From contig NC_057750.1 of assembly GCF_004010195.1 (NCBI RefSeq), positions 16,617,733-16,681,301 on the forward strand: DNA of 63,569 bases. The letters run 5' to 3'. Shown in pieces: positions 12,716-23,994 of the stretch (its first letter is position 1; the number at the start of each line of letters is the position of its first letter). The notes beneath the pieces are model-generated. The model did not search any database. It saw only the letters and a list, made by a program, of their open reading frames with translations, and was not told the origin of the DNA. The position numbers and the translations under genes were made by a program. The stretch comes from Chiloscyllium plagiosum. Lineage: Eukaryota.

Positions 12716-13101
12716 AAAATATGGATGGTGTTCTGAAAGAGTTGTATTTGTGGTTGGATGGAGATAGTATGGTCAGCCAGCCAATCATTTAGTAGATAAA
12801 TTATGGAGTATGGCTGTGGGAGATGATTCAGTGTCCATATTGAACAGATCTTGTGGAGGACTCTGAGCCTTCCTTGAATCAATGTACCTGAGGTGGTGGC
12901 AGAGGAAGGTTGTGTCATCAGGCCCAGATGGCTGAAGAGTGCTGATTCAAGCCCAAGATGGTGATTTAGGGTTTTGCTGAAACTAAATTGAAAAAATGTT
13001 AGTTCAACCAAGCCTTCATTCCAAGCCTTTTCATAGTGGATCTCCACCAACCACATTCTGCTGCCTCTCTCTTGATCCACCTTGTTAAACAGTCCTAGAT
13101 T

Positions 13102-13376
13102 GGGCATCACGGTGGCACAGTGGTTAGCACTGCTGCCTCACAGCGCCAGAGACCCGGGTTCAATTCCCGCCTCAGGCGACTGACTGTGTGGAGTTTGCAC
13201 GTTGTCTGCGTGGGTTTCCTCCGGGTGCTCCGGTTTCCTCCCACAGTCCAAAGATGTGCAGGTCAGGTGAATTGGCCATGCTAAATTGCCCGTAGTGTTA
13301 GGTAAGGGGTAAATGTAGGGGTATGGGTGGGTTGCACTTCAGCAGGTCGGTGTGGACTTGTTGGGCCGAAGGGCCT
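13102..13376 (+). mobile_element. HE1 SINE (young), runs into gap
   Basis: A box tggcacagtgg, B box ggttcaattcc, V-domain tgggtttcctccgggtgctccggtttcctcccacagtccaaagatgtgcagg. Confidence 0.95.
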
Positions 13377-13804
13377 NNNNNNNNNNNNNNNNNNNNNNNN
13401 NNNNNNNNNNNNNNNNNNNNNNNNNNNNNNNNNNNNNNNNNNNNNNNNNNNNNNNNNNNNNNNNNNNNNNNNNNNNNNNNNNNNNNNNNNNNNNNNNNNN
13501 NNNNNNNNNNNNNNNNNNNNNNNNNNNNNNNNNNNNNNNNNNNNNNNNNNNNNNNNNNNNNNNNNNNNNNNNNNNNNNNNNNNNNNNNNNNNNNNNNNNN
13601 NNNNNNNNNNNNNNNNNNNNNNNNNNNNNNNNNNNNNNNNNNNNNNNNNNNNNNNNNNNNNNNNNNNNNNNNNNNNNNNNNNNNNNNNNNNNNNNNNNNN
13701 NNNNNNNNNNNNNNNNNNNNNNNNNNNNNNNNNNNNNNNNNNNNNNNNNNNNNNNNNNNNNNNNNNNNNNNNNNNNNNNNNNNNNNNNNNNNNNNNNNNN
13801 NNNN
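13377..13804. other. Assembly gap (N run)
   Basis: N bases. Confidence 1.
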
Positions 13805-13960
13805 AGCCAATTCACCTGACCTGCACATCTTTGGACTGTGGGAGGAAACCGGAGCACCCGGAAGAAACCCACGCAGACACGGGGAGAATGTGCAAACTCC
13901 ACACAGTCAGTCGCCTGAGGCGGGAATTGAACCCGGGTCTCAGGCGCTGTGAGGCAGCAG
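13805..13960 (-). mobile_element. HE1 SINE 5' half, inverted relative to 13102 copy
   Basis: Reverse complement of HE1 head and V-domain, followed by + strand tail taatctaatctaaaa. Confidence 0.9.
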
Positions 13961-14295
13961 TAATCTAATCTAAAAAAAGATTCTCCCAAAAGAGAAAATA
14001 TTTTTTCCATCCACCCTCTCATCCCCGTACACATTTCAATCAAGTCATCTCATATTTCTAAACATCAGCAGATGCAAGACTAGCTTGTCTAACCTTTCTT
14101 CAGTAGAAACATCATCCATTCCATGTATTAGTCTAGCAAACCCCCTCTGAACTGTCTCCAACTATTTCAGCAGAAGAAACAGGAGCTGGAGTAGGCCTTT
14201 CATCCCTAGACTTGCTCCACCATTCAATTCGATTAAGGTTGATCTGATTGTGGTCTTAGCTCCACTTCCTGCGTATCCCCTGCGCTGTTGTCAGT

Positions 14296-14590
14296 GGGCG
14301 ACATGGTGACTCAGTGGTTAGCACTGCTGCCTCACAGCGCCAGGGACCCGGGCTGACTGTTTGTGTGGAATTTGCACGTTTCTCCCTATTTCTGCATGGG
14401 CTTCCTCCCACCATTCAAAAGCCATGCAGGTCAGGTGAATTGACCATGCTAAATTGCCCGTAGTATTAGGTGCATTAGTTAGGGGTAAATATAGAGTAGG
14501 TGAATGGGTCTGGGTGGGTTGCTCTTCAGAGGGTTGGTGTGGACTTGTTGGGCCGAAGGGCCTGCTCCATACTGTAGGGAATCTAATCAA
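14296..14590 (+). mobile_element. HE1 SINE
   Basis: ggtgactcagtggttagcactgctgcctcacagcgccagggacccggg...gggccgaagggcctg...aatctaatc. Confidence 0.92.
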
Positions 14591-14714
14591 AAATCTATTT
14601 ATCTCCAATATGTGCAAGGATCCAGCCTTCGCTTCTCATTGGGCTAGAGAATTTCTATGACTTTGTTTTTGGCAAACGTTATATCTCCCTGCTGGGTGAC
14701 ATCTTTACTGTTGT

Positions 14715-14880
14715 ACAGCCTCCAGATGAAGCACTGATGTTATGATCTGCCCAGAATTTATACGCTTCTGAAGATGTCATCCAGTCGGGAGACGAAACGT
14801 TTGCAAAAAAAATCAACCGGCTTGGCGAACCAACCAACAACTCCAACCAAAACATGAGCTATAGATCTTCACAAAATTTT
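14715..14880 (+). mobile_element. Penelope-like terminal repeat remnant, family D, hammerhead core at 14768-14802
   Basis: CTGAAGA-t-gtcatcc-agtc-gggagac-GAAA-cg-TT; downstream atcttcacaaaattt matches the - strand copy at 37438-37575. Confidence 0.65.
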
Positions 14881-15310
14881 CATAGAATTCCTACAGTGCA
14901 GAAAGAGGCCATTCGAGTCTGTGCCATCCCTCCGAAGGGCATCCCAGTCAGACCCATCTCATCCCCACATGGGGTTTTTACCATGGCTCAACAATCTTTG
15001 GATTGTGGGAGGAAACCGGAGCACCCGGAGCAATTTTTTTTCAACATGGCTAATCCACTCAATCTGCACATCTTTGGACTTGTGGGAGGAAACCGGAACA
15101 CCCAGAAGAAACCAATGCAGACACGGTGAGAATGTGCAAACTCCATGTCGACAGGGCTAGACAGAGTGGCTGCTGAAAATATGTTCCCTCACATGGGTTA
15201 AGTTAAGGGCAATCCCACTCAAGGTGGATCTGAGGAGAAATCTGCTCAAGTTTGGAACTGAGCTCAGGTCTCTGGTGCTGTGAGGCAGCAGCACTGACCA
15301 CTGTGCCACC
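14881..15310 (-). mobile_element. Rearranged HE1 SINE (internal duplication, inserted inverted flank)
   Basis: V-domain tgtgggaggaaaccgga twice (~15005, ~15081); head at 15255-15310; non-SINE 15154-15248 inside. Confidence 0.8.
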
Positions 15311-15489
15311 TGTCTGGGAGAACAGATTTCTCCTAATGCCCATCTTGAGTGGGATTGCCCTAAACGTACCCCATGAGAGGAGCATACTTTCAGCATTCTG
15401 TCTAGCCTTGTCTGAACCTGTTAATATTGCTCTTTGGCCCTTTGATGATGGTAAAGGTGTTATATGAAGGGAGGTTGTCGTTTGCCTTG

Positions 15490-15805
15490 GACATGACAGT
15501 GGCTCAGTGGTTAGCGACTGCTGCCTCACAGCACCAGGGACCTGGGATCGACTCCAGCCTCAGGCGACTGTCTGTGTGGAGTTTGTACATTCTCCCCGTG
15601 TCTGTGTGGGTTTCCTCCGGGTGCTCCGGTTTCCTCCCACAGTCACAAAGATGTGCAGGTTAGGTGAATTGGCCATGCCAAATTGCCCATAGTGTTAGGT
15701 GCATTAGTCAGAGGTAAATGGGTCTGGGTGGGTTACTCTTTGGAGGGTTGGTGTGGACTGGTTGGGCCGAAGGGCCTGTTTCCATACTGCAGGTAATCTA
15801 ACCTA
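15490..15805 (+). mobile_element. HE1 SINE
   Basis: Full head, V-domain and taatctaacctaa tail. Confidence 0.92.
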
Positions 15806-16594
15806 ATGACACCAGCTACTGCTGGTGAATAATTATCTAGCGTTAAAGTCTCATTAGAAATGGCACCCAATACTGAACCAAACAGTGTGCTCTGTGACTG
15901 TATTCCTGACCAATGCATTAGCACAACCAATCAAATCAACCTAGTCTGTACCAATAATATAGACAATATGAAAGGCTCATTTGACACAGTGCTGGCAACC
16001 TTTTCTCTCAGATAGGTTCAAGCCTCAATTGTTCCAAAGGTGTGTTATAACGTGTCTCAGTATGTTCTATAATGGATTACGTGACAAGGTTGATAGTGTA
16101 GATGATGACTTGGATAGGATGTAGAGGCCAGTGGGCAATGTCAGAGAGATACTTGGAGCCTTTTAAAAAATACAAGTTGTTTTCTCATCAGGTGATGACA
16201 GTTTTGTCCCCAGAATGCTCTGAACTCCACCAGTCAGTGAAAGTGGCTAACCTTTCTCCATCGTTTATAAGGGACTACGTTTCTACTAAACAATGTATCT
16301 GGTTGTCAGCCAGCTGTCAGGGAGCTTGAGTTAATGAATTAGCAGGCCTGTATGTGACTTTGGGAATGTAATTTGTAGCTGTCACCTGGAATTGCTTTGT
16401 TGAAAGTTGAACTGTAAAGAAAAAGGAAGTTCTTTTGCATTTTACAAGTTGTTGCTCTTCAAGTAGTGGAGAAATATCCTGCAGTTTATTTCTCTTTAAG
16501 GTATGTTGCAGATGCCTTCATTGATTTACTTGTCTGCCTAATGCTGCTATAGTCTATATACTCCAGAACTTCCTACACTGAGCATTGACAATAA

Positions 16595-18097
16595 GAATGC
16601 TGCACTGTCAGTGGATCAGTGCTGAGGGAGTACTGTGCTGTGAGAGGGTCAGTAATGAGGGAGTGTTGAACTGTCAGATGGTCAGTACTGAGGGAATGCT
16701 GCACAGCCAGTGGATCAGTACTGAGGGAGTGCTGCACTGTCAGATGGTCAGTACTGAGGGAATGCTGCACTGTTGGAGAGTCAGTGCTGAGGGAGTGATG
16801 TACTGTGAGAGGTCAGTATTGAGGGAGTGTTGCACTGTCAGAGGGTCAGTACTGAGTGAGTACCGCACTGTCAGATGGTCAGTACTGAGGGAGTGCTGCA
16901 CTGTCAGAGGATCAGCGCTGAGGGAGTGCTGCACTGTTGGAGAGTCAGTGCTGAGGGAGTGATGTACTGTGAGAGGTCAGTATTGAGGGAGTGTTGCACT
17001 GTCAGATGGGCAGTACTGAGGGAATGTTGCACTGCCAGTGGATAAGTTTTGAGGGCATGCTGCACTGTTAGAGGGTCAGTGTTGAGGGTATGCTGTGCTG
17101 TCAGAGGGTCAGTGCAAGAGCGGTTCTGCACTGTCAGAGGGAGTGCTGCACTGTTGGAGAGTCAGTGCTGAGGGAGTACTATGCTGTGAGAGGGTCAGTA
17201 TTGAGGGAGTGTTGCACTGTCAGATGGGCAGTACTGAGGGAATGCTGCACTGCCAGTGGATCAGTATTGAGGGCATGCTGCACTGTCAGAGGGTCAGCGC
17301 AGAGGCAATTCTGCACTGTCAGAGGGTCAGTGTTGAGGGTGTGCTGCACTGTCAGATGGTCAGCACTAAAAGAATGCTGCAGTGTCAGATGGTCAGTACT
17401 GAGGGAGTGCCGCACTGTGAGTGGGTCAGTACTGAGGGAGTGCTGAAATGTGAGAGGGTCAATACTGAGGGAGTGCTGCACAGTGAGAGGGTCAGTACTG
17501 AGGGAGTGCTGCACTGTGAGAGGGTCAGTGCAGAGACCGTGTTGTACTGTCAGAGGATCAGTACTGAGGGAGTCCTGCACTGTCAGAGGATCAGTGCTGA
17601 GGGAGTGGTGCTCTGTCAGATGGTTAGTACTGAGGGCATGCTGCACTGTCAGAGGGACTGCTGAACTCAGAAGGTCAGAGCAGAGACTCTGCTATACTGT
17701 CAGATGGTCAGTACTGAGGGAGTGCTGCACTGTCAGAGGGTCAGTGCTGAGGGAGTTCTGCTTTGTCAGAGGATCAGTACAGAGGGAATGCTGCACTGTC
17801 AGAGTGTCAGTGATGAGGGAGTGCTGCACTGTCAGAGGATCAGTACTGAGGGAGTGCTGCACTGTCAAAGGATCAGTACTGAGGGAGTGCTGCACTGTCA
17901 GTGGGTCAGTACTGACAGAGTGCTGCGCTGTCAGAGGATCAGTACTGAGGGAGTGCAGCACTGTCAGAGGATCAGTACTGAGGGAGTGCTGCACTGTCAG
18001 TGGGTCAGTGCTGAGGCATTGCTGCACTGTCAGACGATCAGTACTGACAGAGTGCTGCACTGTCAGACGATCAGTACTGACAGAATGCTGCACTGTC
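16595..18097 (+). repeat. 33-bp minisatellite, roughly 45 units (CAGTACTGAGGGAGTGCTGCACTGTCAGAGGGT)
   Basis: Visible tandem array; ORF track gives 11-aa periodic translations (TVRGSVLRECC; TVQHSLSTDPL). Confidence 0.97.
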
Positions 18098-18390
18098 GAT
18101 GGTAAGAGCTTTTGAATGAGATGTCAAACTTAGAAAATGCCTGCTGTCTTCCATTACACTATTTTGAAGAAGAGCAGGTAAATCTTCCTGTGTCCTGATC
18201 TCTAAATCAAACTTTAATACAGATGATCCAGTCATTGTCACAATGCAATAGTCGGGGGTTGTCTGTGTGCAAATTGGTTGCTATGGTTCTTACTGCAAAT
18301 AACTACACTCTAAAGATATTTCCCTGTAAAGCACATTGACATGTTTTGGGACCATGAAAGGTGCTACATCAATATAAACCTTTATTATGA
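18098..18390 (+). mobile_element. Deu-domain SINE 3' part continuing from the minisatellite
   Basis: cttttgaatgagatg...ctattttgaagaagagcagg...gatgatccagtcattgtcaca...gtgcaaattggttgc...gaaaggtgctacat. Confidence 0.75.
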
Positions 18391-19564
18391 ACTACCGAAG
18401 AAGAGAAATGTGAACACTAAGTCTGTGATGTTGGAAGGTTCTGCAAGCAATGCTGGAGAAGCAGAGAGGGGTGGTGCTGAAGCTGTGGAATTCTTTTCTG
18501 CAGAGGGTTGTGAGGCTTAGACATTAAGTAATTTGGGATTGAGATCAACAGATTTTTGATCAGTAAGGGAATTAAGGGTTATGGAGTTGAGGATCGTCAG
18601 ATCAGCTCTGATCTCATTGAATGGTGGAGCAGACTTGATGGGCTGAATGGCCTATTTCTGGTCCTGATCGATTAAATGTGGAGTTAGCATTTCAACTTTA
18701 GGTCACTTAAAGCAGCTACTCTTGCATTAGGCTTGATGCATAGTGGAAAGGAGCTTGGCTTGCTACAATTCAATACAATGGGAGTTAACAGACAGTTTTC
18801 TGATTAATTTCTGTTTCATCTAATGGGAATGAGAGGGAAACAATTTCTCATGCTTCATAAACACATTGTGAATGAAGAGCAAGTGACTTGGTTGATTTGG
18901 AATTTAGTGTAATGGAGATGTGTGGAGAATAATTCTCGTCTTTTAATTGTTATGCTTAATCCTTTCCCATTGCCTGAATTTTAACTGAGCCACTGGTTCC
19001 CACCCTGTGCTCTGACTCATTCACTCCTGGTGATCATATCAACATTGACACAAATTTTTCTCATTGTAAACTTTTGGTCAAACCACTTTGAACCCAATCA
19101 GAAAATTGTAATCCTTAACTCGCTATTCCTCGGGAAAAATAAAGTAGGTATGTCCATTTTTAAAAAAAAGTCTTGTATTTCACAGTCATCACATTTTTGA
19201 CAAATTCTGTTTGCTCCATTCTGGCTGGTGGGCATACGGTGAGACTCCGGCTTCAGAGCAAGAAGACTGGGATTAGAATTCCACTCCAGTAAATGACCGG
19301 TGCAGTCAAGCCATCACAGTGTTGAGGGCATGCTGCACTGCCACAGACGTCATCTTTCGGAGCAATGTTCAGTCAAACTCCTCAGATACGTGTAAAATTT
19401 CCAACTCAGGATAACTTGGATCTAATGTTACTGAAGGAAATTGCCAAATCCCTGGCCACAGCCTTCTGGATATTTTTGAAGATGAAGGGAACGGAAGGGG
19501 TGGAGGATAATGTTACCAACAGATGGGAGAATTATGAAAATTACACCCTTGTTCACAAAATGGA

Positions 19565-20170
19565 TAGAGTCATAGAGTCAGAGAGATGTACAGCACAGAA
19601 ACAGACCCTTCCGTCCAACCCGTCCATGTCGACCAGATATCCCAAACCAATCCAGTCCCACCTGCCAGCATCCAGCCCATATCCCTCCAAACCCTTCCTA
19701 TTCATATACCCATCCAAATGCCTTTTAAATATTGCAATTGTACCAGCCTCCACCACTTCCTCTGGCAGCTCATTCCATACACGTACCACCCTCTGCGTGA
19801 AAATGTTGCCCCTTAAGTCTCTTTTATATCTTTCCCCTCTCACCCTAAACCTATGCCTTCCAAGTCTGGGCCCCCCACCCCAGGGAAAAGACTGTCCGTT
19901 TATCCTATCCATGCCCCTCATAATTTTGTAAACCTCTATAAGGTCACCCCTCAGCCTCTGACGCTCCAGGGAAAACAGCCCCAGCCTGTTCAGCCTCTCC
20001 CTATTGTTCATATCCTCCAACCTTGGCAACATCCTTATAAATCTTTTCTGAACCCTTTAAAGTTTCACAACATCTTTCTGATGGGAAGGAGACCAGAATT
20101 GCACACAATATTCCAACAGTGGCCTAACCAATGTCCCGTACAGCCGCAACATGACCTCCCAACTCCCTTA
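19565..20170 (-). mobile_element. Young 5'-truncated CR1 3' end
   Basis: ORF 19553-20032(-) MLPRLEDMNNRERLNRLGLFSLERQRLRGDLIEVYKIMRG...FTQRVVRVWNELP; tagagtcatagagtca tail. Confidence 0.95.
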
Positions 20171-21319
20171 TTGATTAAAATCTGTCATTTTCAGCCTTGA
20201 ATATACTTAATGAGTCAGCCTTGACAGTGCCTTGTGGTAAAGAACTCCACAGATTCACTACTAGAAGGAAAAATGAGTGCGCAAGCATTCTGTTATGATT
20301 TGACGTCACGTTCATGATGGAAGAAAGTGACACTGCCAAAGTGTGAATGATGAGCATCTGACGGAGGTAGTGGGGGGAGGCACAGCAGCTGTCCCAGGCC
20401 ACAGGCATAATCTCCAAGCTCCATCATCCCACCCACCTCTTGGTGACATCCCTAACCCCGCCACTGCTCCTGCTCCTGCCCCTGCACCCGGCCTTTATCC
20501 TGCACTATCCTGCCCCAATCTCAGCCTTGCATCCCCAGTAGTACATGTGTTGATTACGTAGTCTCTGTCTCCAGAACACAGTGATGTAATCAGTACATGT
20601 GCAGTCATCTCCTGTGGCCTCTTCTGTCACGGACGGTGATATCTCTGTGTGTGTATGTCATCATTTTATGGAATGTATAATCAGCCCAATTATAGGAAAT
20701 GCAAGATTTCTATCTTAATGTGAGACCTTTGCTTCATGCGGCAGTCAGGTGGCTTACATCTGATGCAGAATTTGATCTTAACTTTGGAGGGGGTGGTGCT
20801 GGTATGAAGTTGAGTCCCTGTTATATCTTTTGCATGATATTTTCATACTTAGTAAATGAGTCACCCTTAGAGATTTGGGGGTGAGGTGACAATTGGAGAG
20901 CTATTTCACTATCTCCAACCCAACAATTAAAATTACACACACACAGCCTGGCATTAAACGATCACTCTGTTTCTGACCCATCCTGTGTCTTACTGCACTG
21001 GCGCATTGGTACCCCGGGTGCCATCTAGTTATTCAGTGAATAGCTCATTTGATGGTTAATGTCGCCTAATGAGAGGATCATGTGTTGCCTGTCTGACCTT
21101 TCACACATTAACACGCTGGTTGTAAAAAAGCCTTTGCACCTTTAAAAGTGAATGTAACAGTCTGCTAATATACTAAACAGATAAACTAGGCAGCTGTGTA
21201 ACCACCCATGAACACTTAACGGTGTTCATGTTTTATATGGTGCTGAATCCCCTTTGGTTGCTTATCTCTGTTGAGCTTAATTCTGACCTTACCCAGCATG
21301 GATAAAGTTCACTTTATGG

Positions 21320-21920
21320 CTGAAAAGGCTTGTGTTAAAGGGCATTTTTCAGAACCTCAGGAATGAAGTGATTTGTGAAGTGTGGTCAATGTCGTGGGAA
21401 ATGCAGTAGCCAATTTTGGCACAGCAAGGGTACCAAAAGCAGCCATATTCATGATCAGAGACCAGAGTGTGGTGCTGGAAAAGCACAGCAGGTCACGCAG
21501 CTTCCAAGGAGCAGGAGAATTGAATGTTCGGGTATAAGCCTTTCATAAGGAATGAAGGGCTTATGCCCGAAACATTGATCCTCCTATTCCTTGGATGCTG
21601 CCTGACCTGCTGTGCTTTTCCAGCAGCACACTCTCGACACTGATCTCCAGCATCTGCAGTCCTCACTTTCTCCATGTTCATAACCAGACAATCAATCTAT
21701 TCCAGGGATGCAGGATAAGTAACAGCTAGGGTACCCACGGAGAATTCCTTTGTTGCTGTGAACGGGATCCTTATGTCTATCTCAGAAGGCAGACTAGGCC
21801 CTGGAGGAACATTTCATCCAAAAGGCAAAATTTCTGACATCCATATATGAAAGAGGAGGGCTTGTCTAGTTTCTGGAGCGGGGCTTGAACCTATGACCTT
21901 CCAACTCACAGTAAGAAAGC
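21320..21920 (-). mobile_element. Deu-domain SINE interrupted by PLE fold-back
   Basis: ggaaatgcagtagccaattttggcacagcaag...[insert]...accagacaatc...catccaaaaggc. Confidence 0.6.
21460..21671. mobile_element. PLE family A fold-back mini-element
   Basis: Inverted arms centred ~21548 with gggcttatgcccgaaac; imperfect TSD ccatattcatgatcaga (21443-21459) / ccatgttcataaccaga (21672-21688). Confidence 0.85.
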
Positions 21921-22557
21921 TACATCTGCATGGTCTCGCCGTCTCCCTTCCTCTGTAACTTTCTCTAACCCTACAACCCTTCGAGATCTCTGTCCCCTCC
22001 AGTCCTAGCCTCTTACCCAGCCTCAGTTCCCATCATTCCACCATTGGTGACCTACCTTGGATCTAAATCTCTAGAGTTCCCTTGTTCAGCTTTCTGCATC
22101 ATTCTTGCTATTCCTTCAGCATTATCTCAATAAAGACCTGAGGATGTGTTACTCTGTCAAAGTTATTATAAAACTGTGAGTGGGATGCAGACTGGTTTGG
22201 TACTGTGGTCAGTGGGTTATATAGACACAGGGACATTGAACAAAAGCCCCCAGTTTCATACCCCTGGAAAACCAGCCTATGCCATAGTGAAGGATCTTAG
22301 CAGAGAGAGCAAAAGTCATAAAGGGATGCTCCCTGATGGGGAACAATGTAAATTGAAATCAACCCAGAATTATGTTAGACACACCTCTTAATTGCACTCA
22401 AACACAATGTTACACTTACCTGTCAACAGGAGATTTCTCACCTCGACTTTCGAGAATGAGGTGGCACAGAGGTGACAGAAGGTGGGGGAGTTTAAAAATG
22501 AATTTGTACCGGATAAAGGACATCAAGTTGACAAAGGTGGACTTGATTGTGTTAAAG

Positions 22558-22835
22558 GAGATCAGAGTGGAAAAGTGAGATGGTGAAAAAGCACAGCAGT
22601 TCAGGCAGCATCCAAGGAGCAGGAGAATCGACGTTTCAGGCATAAGCTCTTTGTCAGGAATGTGGGGATGGGGGGGCAAGGGTGCTGAGAGATAAATAGG
22701 AGGGTGGGGGTAGGTTTGGGGGAAAGATAGCTGGGAAAGCAATAGATAAATGCAGGTGGGGGGTGATAGTGATAGGTCGGAGAGGAGAATGGAGCGGATA
22801 GGTGGGAAGGAAGATGGACAGGTAGGATAGTTCAA
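22558..22835 (-). mobile_element. PLE family A terminal repeat
   Basis: gaaaaagcacagcagttcaggcagcatccaaggagcaggagaatcgacgtttcaggcataagctctttgtcagg, then a purine-rich segment as in 4260-4430. Confidence 0.85.
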
Positions 22836-22964
22836 ACAACCCCACCATTCTGTGGTCGACCTCTTCTACTCCCCCCCCACCCCCTACTCCACAAGTGTTG
22901 GGCCTCCTCCACACCAAATCCAAGTCAAAGTATTGAGGGCTCTTACTTGAATGAATTGGTCCAA

Positions 22965-23310
22965 GTGTGGTGACAATGGTGTATATTTTGTAATTGAAGT
23001 AATCCAGAGGCCACTGAGTAATTCTCTGGGACATTGGTTCAAATCCCACAATGGCAGCTAGCAGACTTTAAGCTCAGTGAATAGATCTGGAATATAAAAC
23101 TGTGTTTTACCAATGGCTACCATGACAATTACCATCGATCATTGTAGAAAGCCCACCTGGTTCATCAGTTCCCTTTAGGGAAAGAAATTGGCCTGTTTGT
23201 GACTCCAGAACTGAGGGGGTATTGTTCTTACTTAACTGCCCCAGTAAGCCACTGAGTTCAAAGGCACTTAAAGATTGGCAGCAAATGCCAGTGCTGCTTA
23301 CAACAAAGGG
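22965..23310 (+). mobile_element. tRNA-like SINE family 3
   Basis: taatccagagg...ggttcaaatcccacaatggcag...cccacctggttca..cctttagggaaagaaat..gtgactccaga. Confidence 0.7.
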
Positions 23311-23994
23311 AAAGAAGTAGAGAGAGATCAGAAGCTGTGTTTAATGAAAATGACCTGAGACTGAGAAAGAGGCCACCTAGAACGGAGCTGTTGCTGACTG
23401 AACTCTGCGATTATCTCCATCTTTGGTGGTCACCACTGCAGTAAAAAAACGATGATAATTAACCCGGAGCGGCGCTTTAGAAGATGTCAGACCTTTAGGC
23501 CATCGGATGTCCTCTCTCACAGCTGTGTTGTTCTAACCTGTTTCTTCCTCTTTTCCTCCCCCAGGGAGCCCGAGGAATATCAATGCTTTCACAGCCAGAG
23601 GTTACAGGGCAGTTAACCTGCAGTAGAGCACATGGGAAAACCGAGGCTTGGTAACTTATTGCCTTGCTCTTAACACAAGGCAAACAATTCAGTGGCTCTG
23701 ACAGCAGGGCAGCTTTGACCCACAGTCAACTGGGTCTGTGTGGAACAGTCTGTCCCCTTGGCCACAGTTCATTACAAAGGGGTTTCAATCAGTAAAAGGG
23801 TAAAAATAAGTACTAAATACCTGCTGTGCTAAGAAGATATACATGTTTGGATTTAGTATTTAATGTTTCTAATTACTGATGAACATCATTTAAACCTTGC
23901 TGGAGGCACAAAGCATAAAGATCACCAGAGCTATTTTTCATGGAACAGTACATATCGCCACATCATACCTGTTTCCACTGTTTCTTAGTATTTT

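Noticed and set aside
13102..13175. tRNA-like sequence with A and B boxes
   Set aside because: It is the head of the HE1 SINE and continues into the V-domain. It is not a tRNA gene; the same holds for all copies.
13298..14043. Long ORFs across the first gap
   Set aside because: Artefacts of N runs; the same applies to 48174-49272.
16573..18115. Cys/His-rich ORFs (up to 221 aa) resembling zinc-finger, keratin-associated or metallothionein proteins; also a CRISPR-like look
   Set aside because: These are translations of a 33-bp tandem repeat open on both strands. There are no unique spacers, no cas genes and no splice structure.
21460..21671. Fold-backs as DNA-transposon MITEs or miRNA genes
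   Set aside because: Asymmetric arms, long variable TSDs and identity to PLE termini point to a retroelement origin. There is no evidence for miRNA processing.
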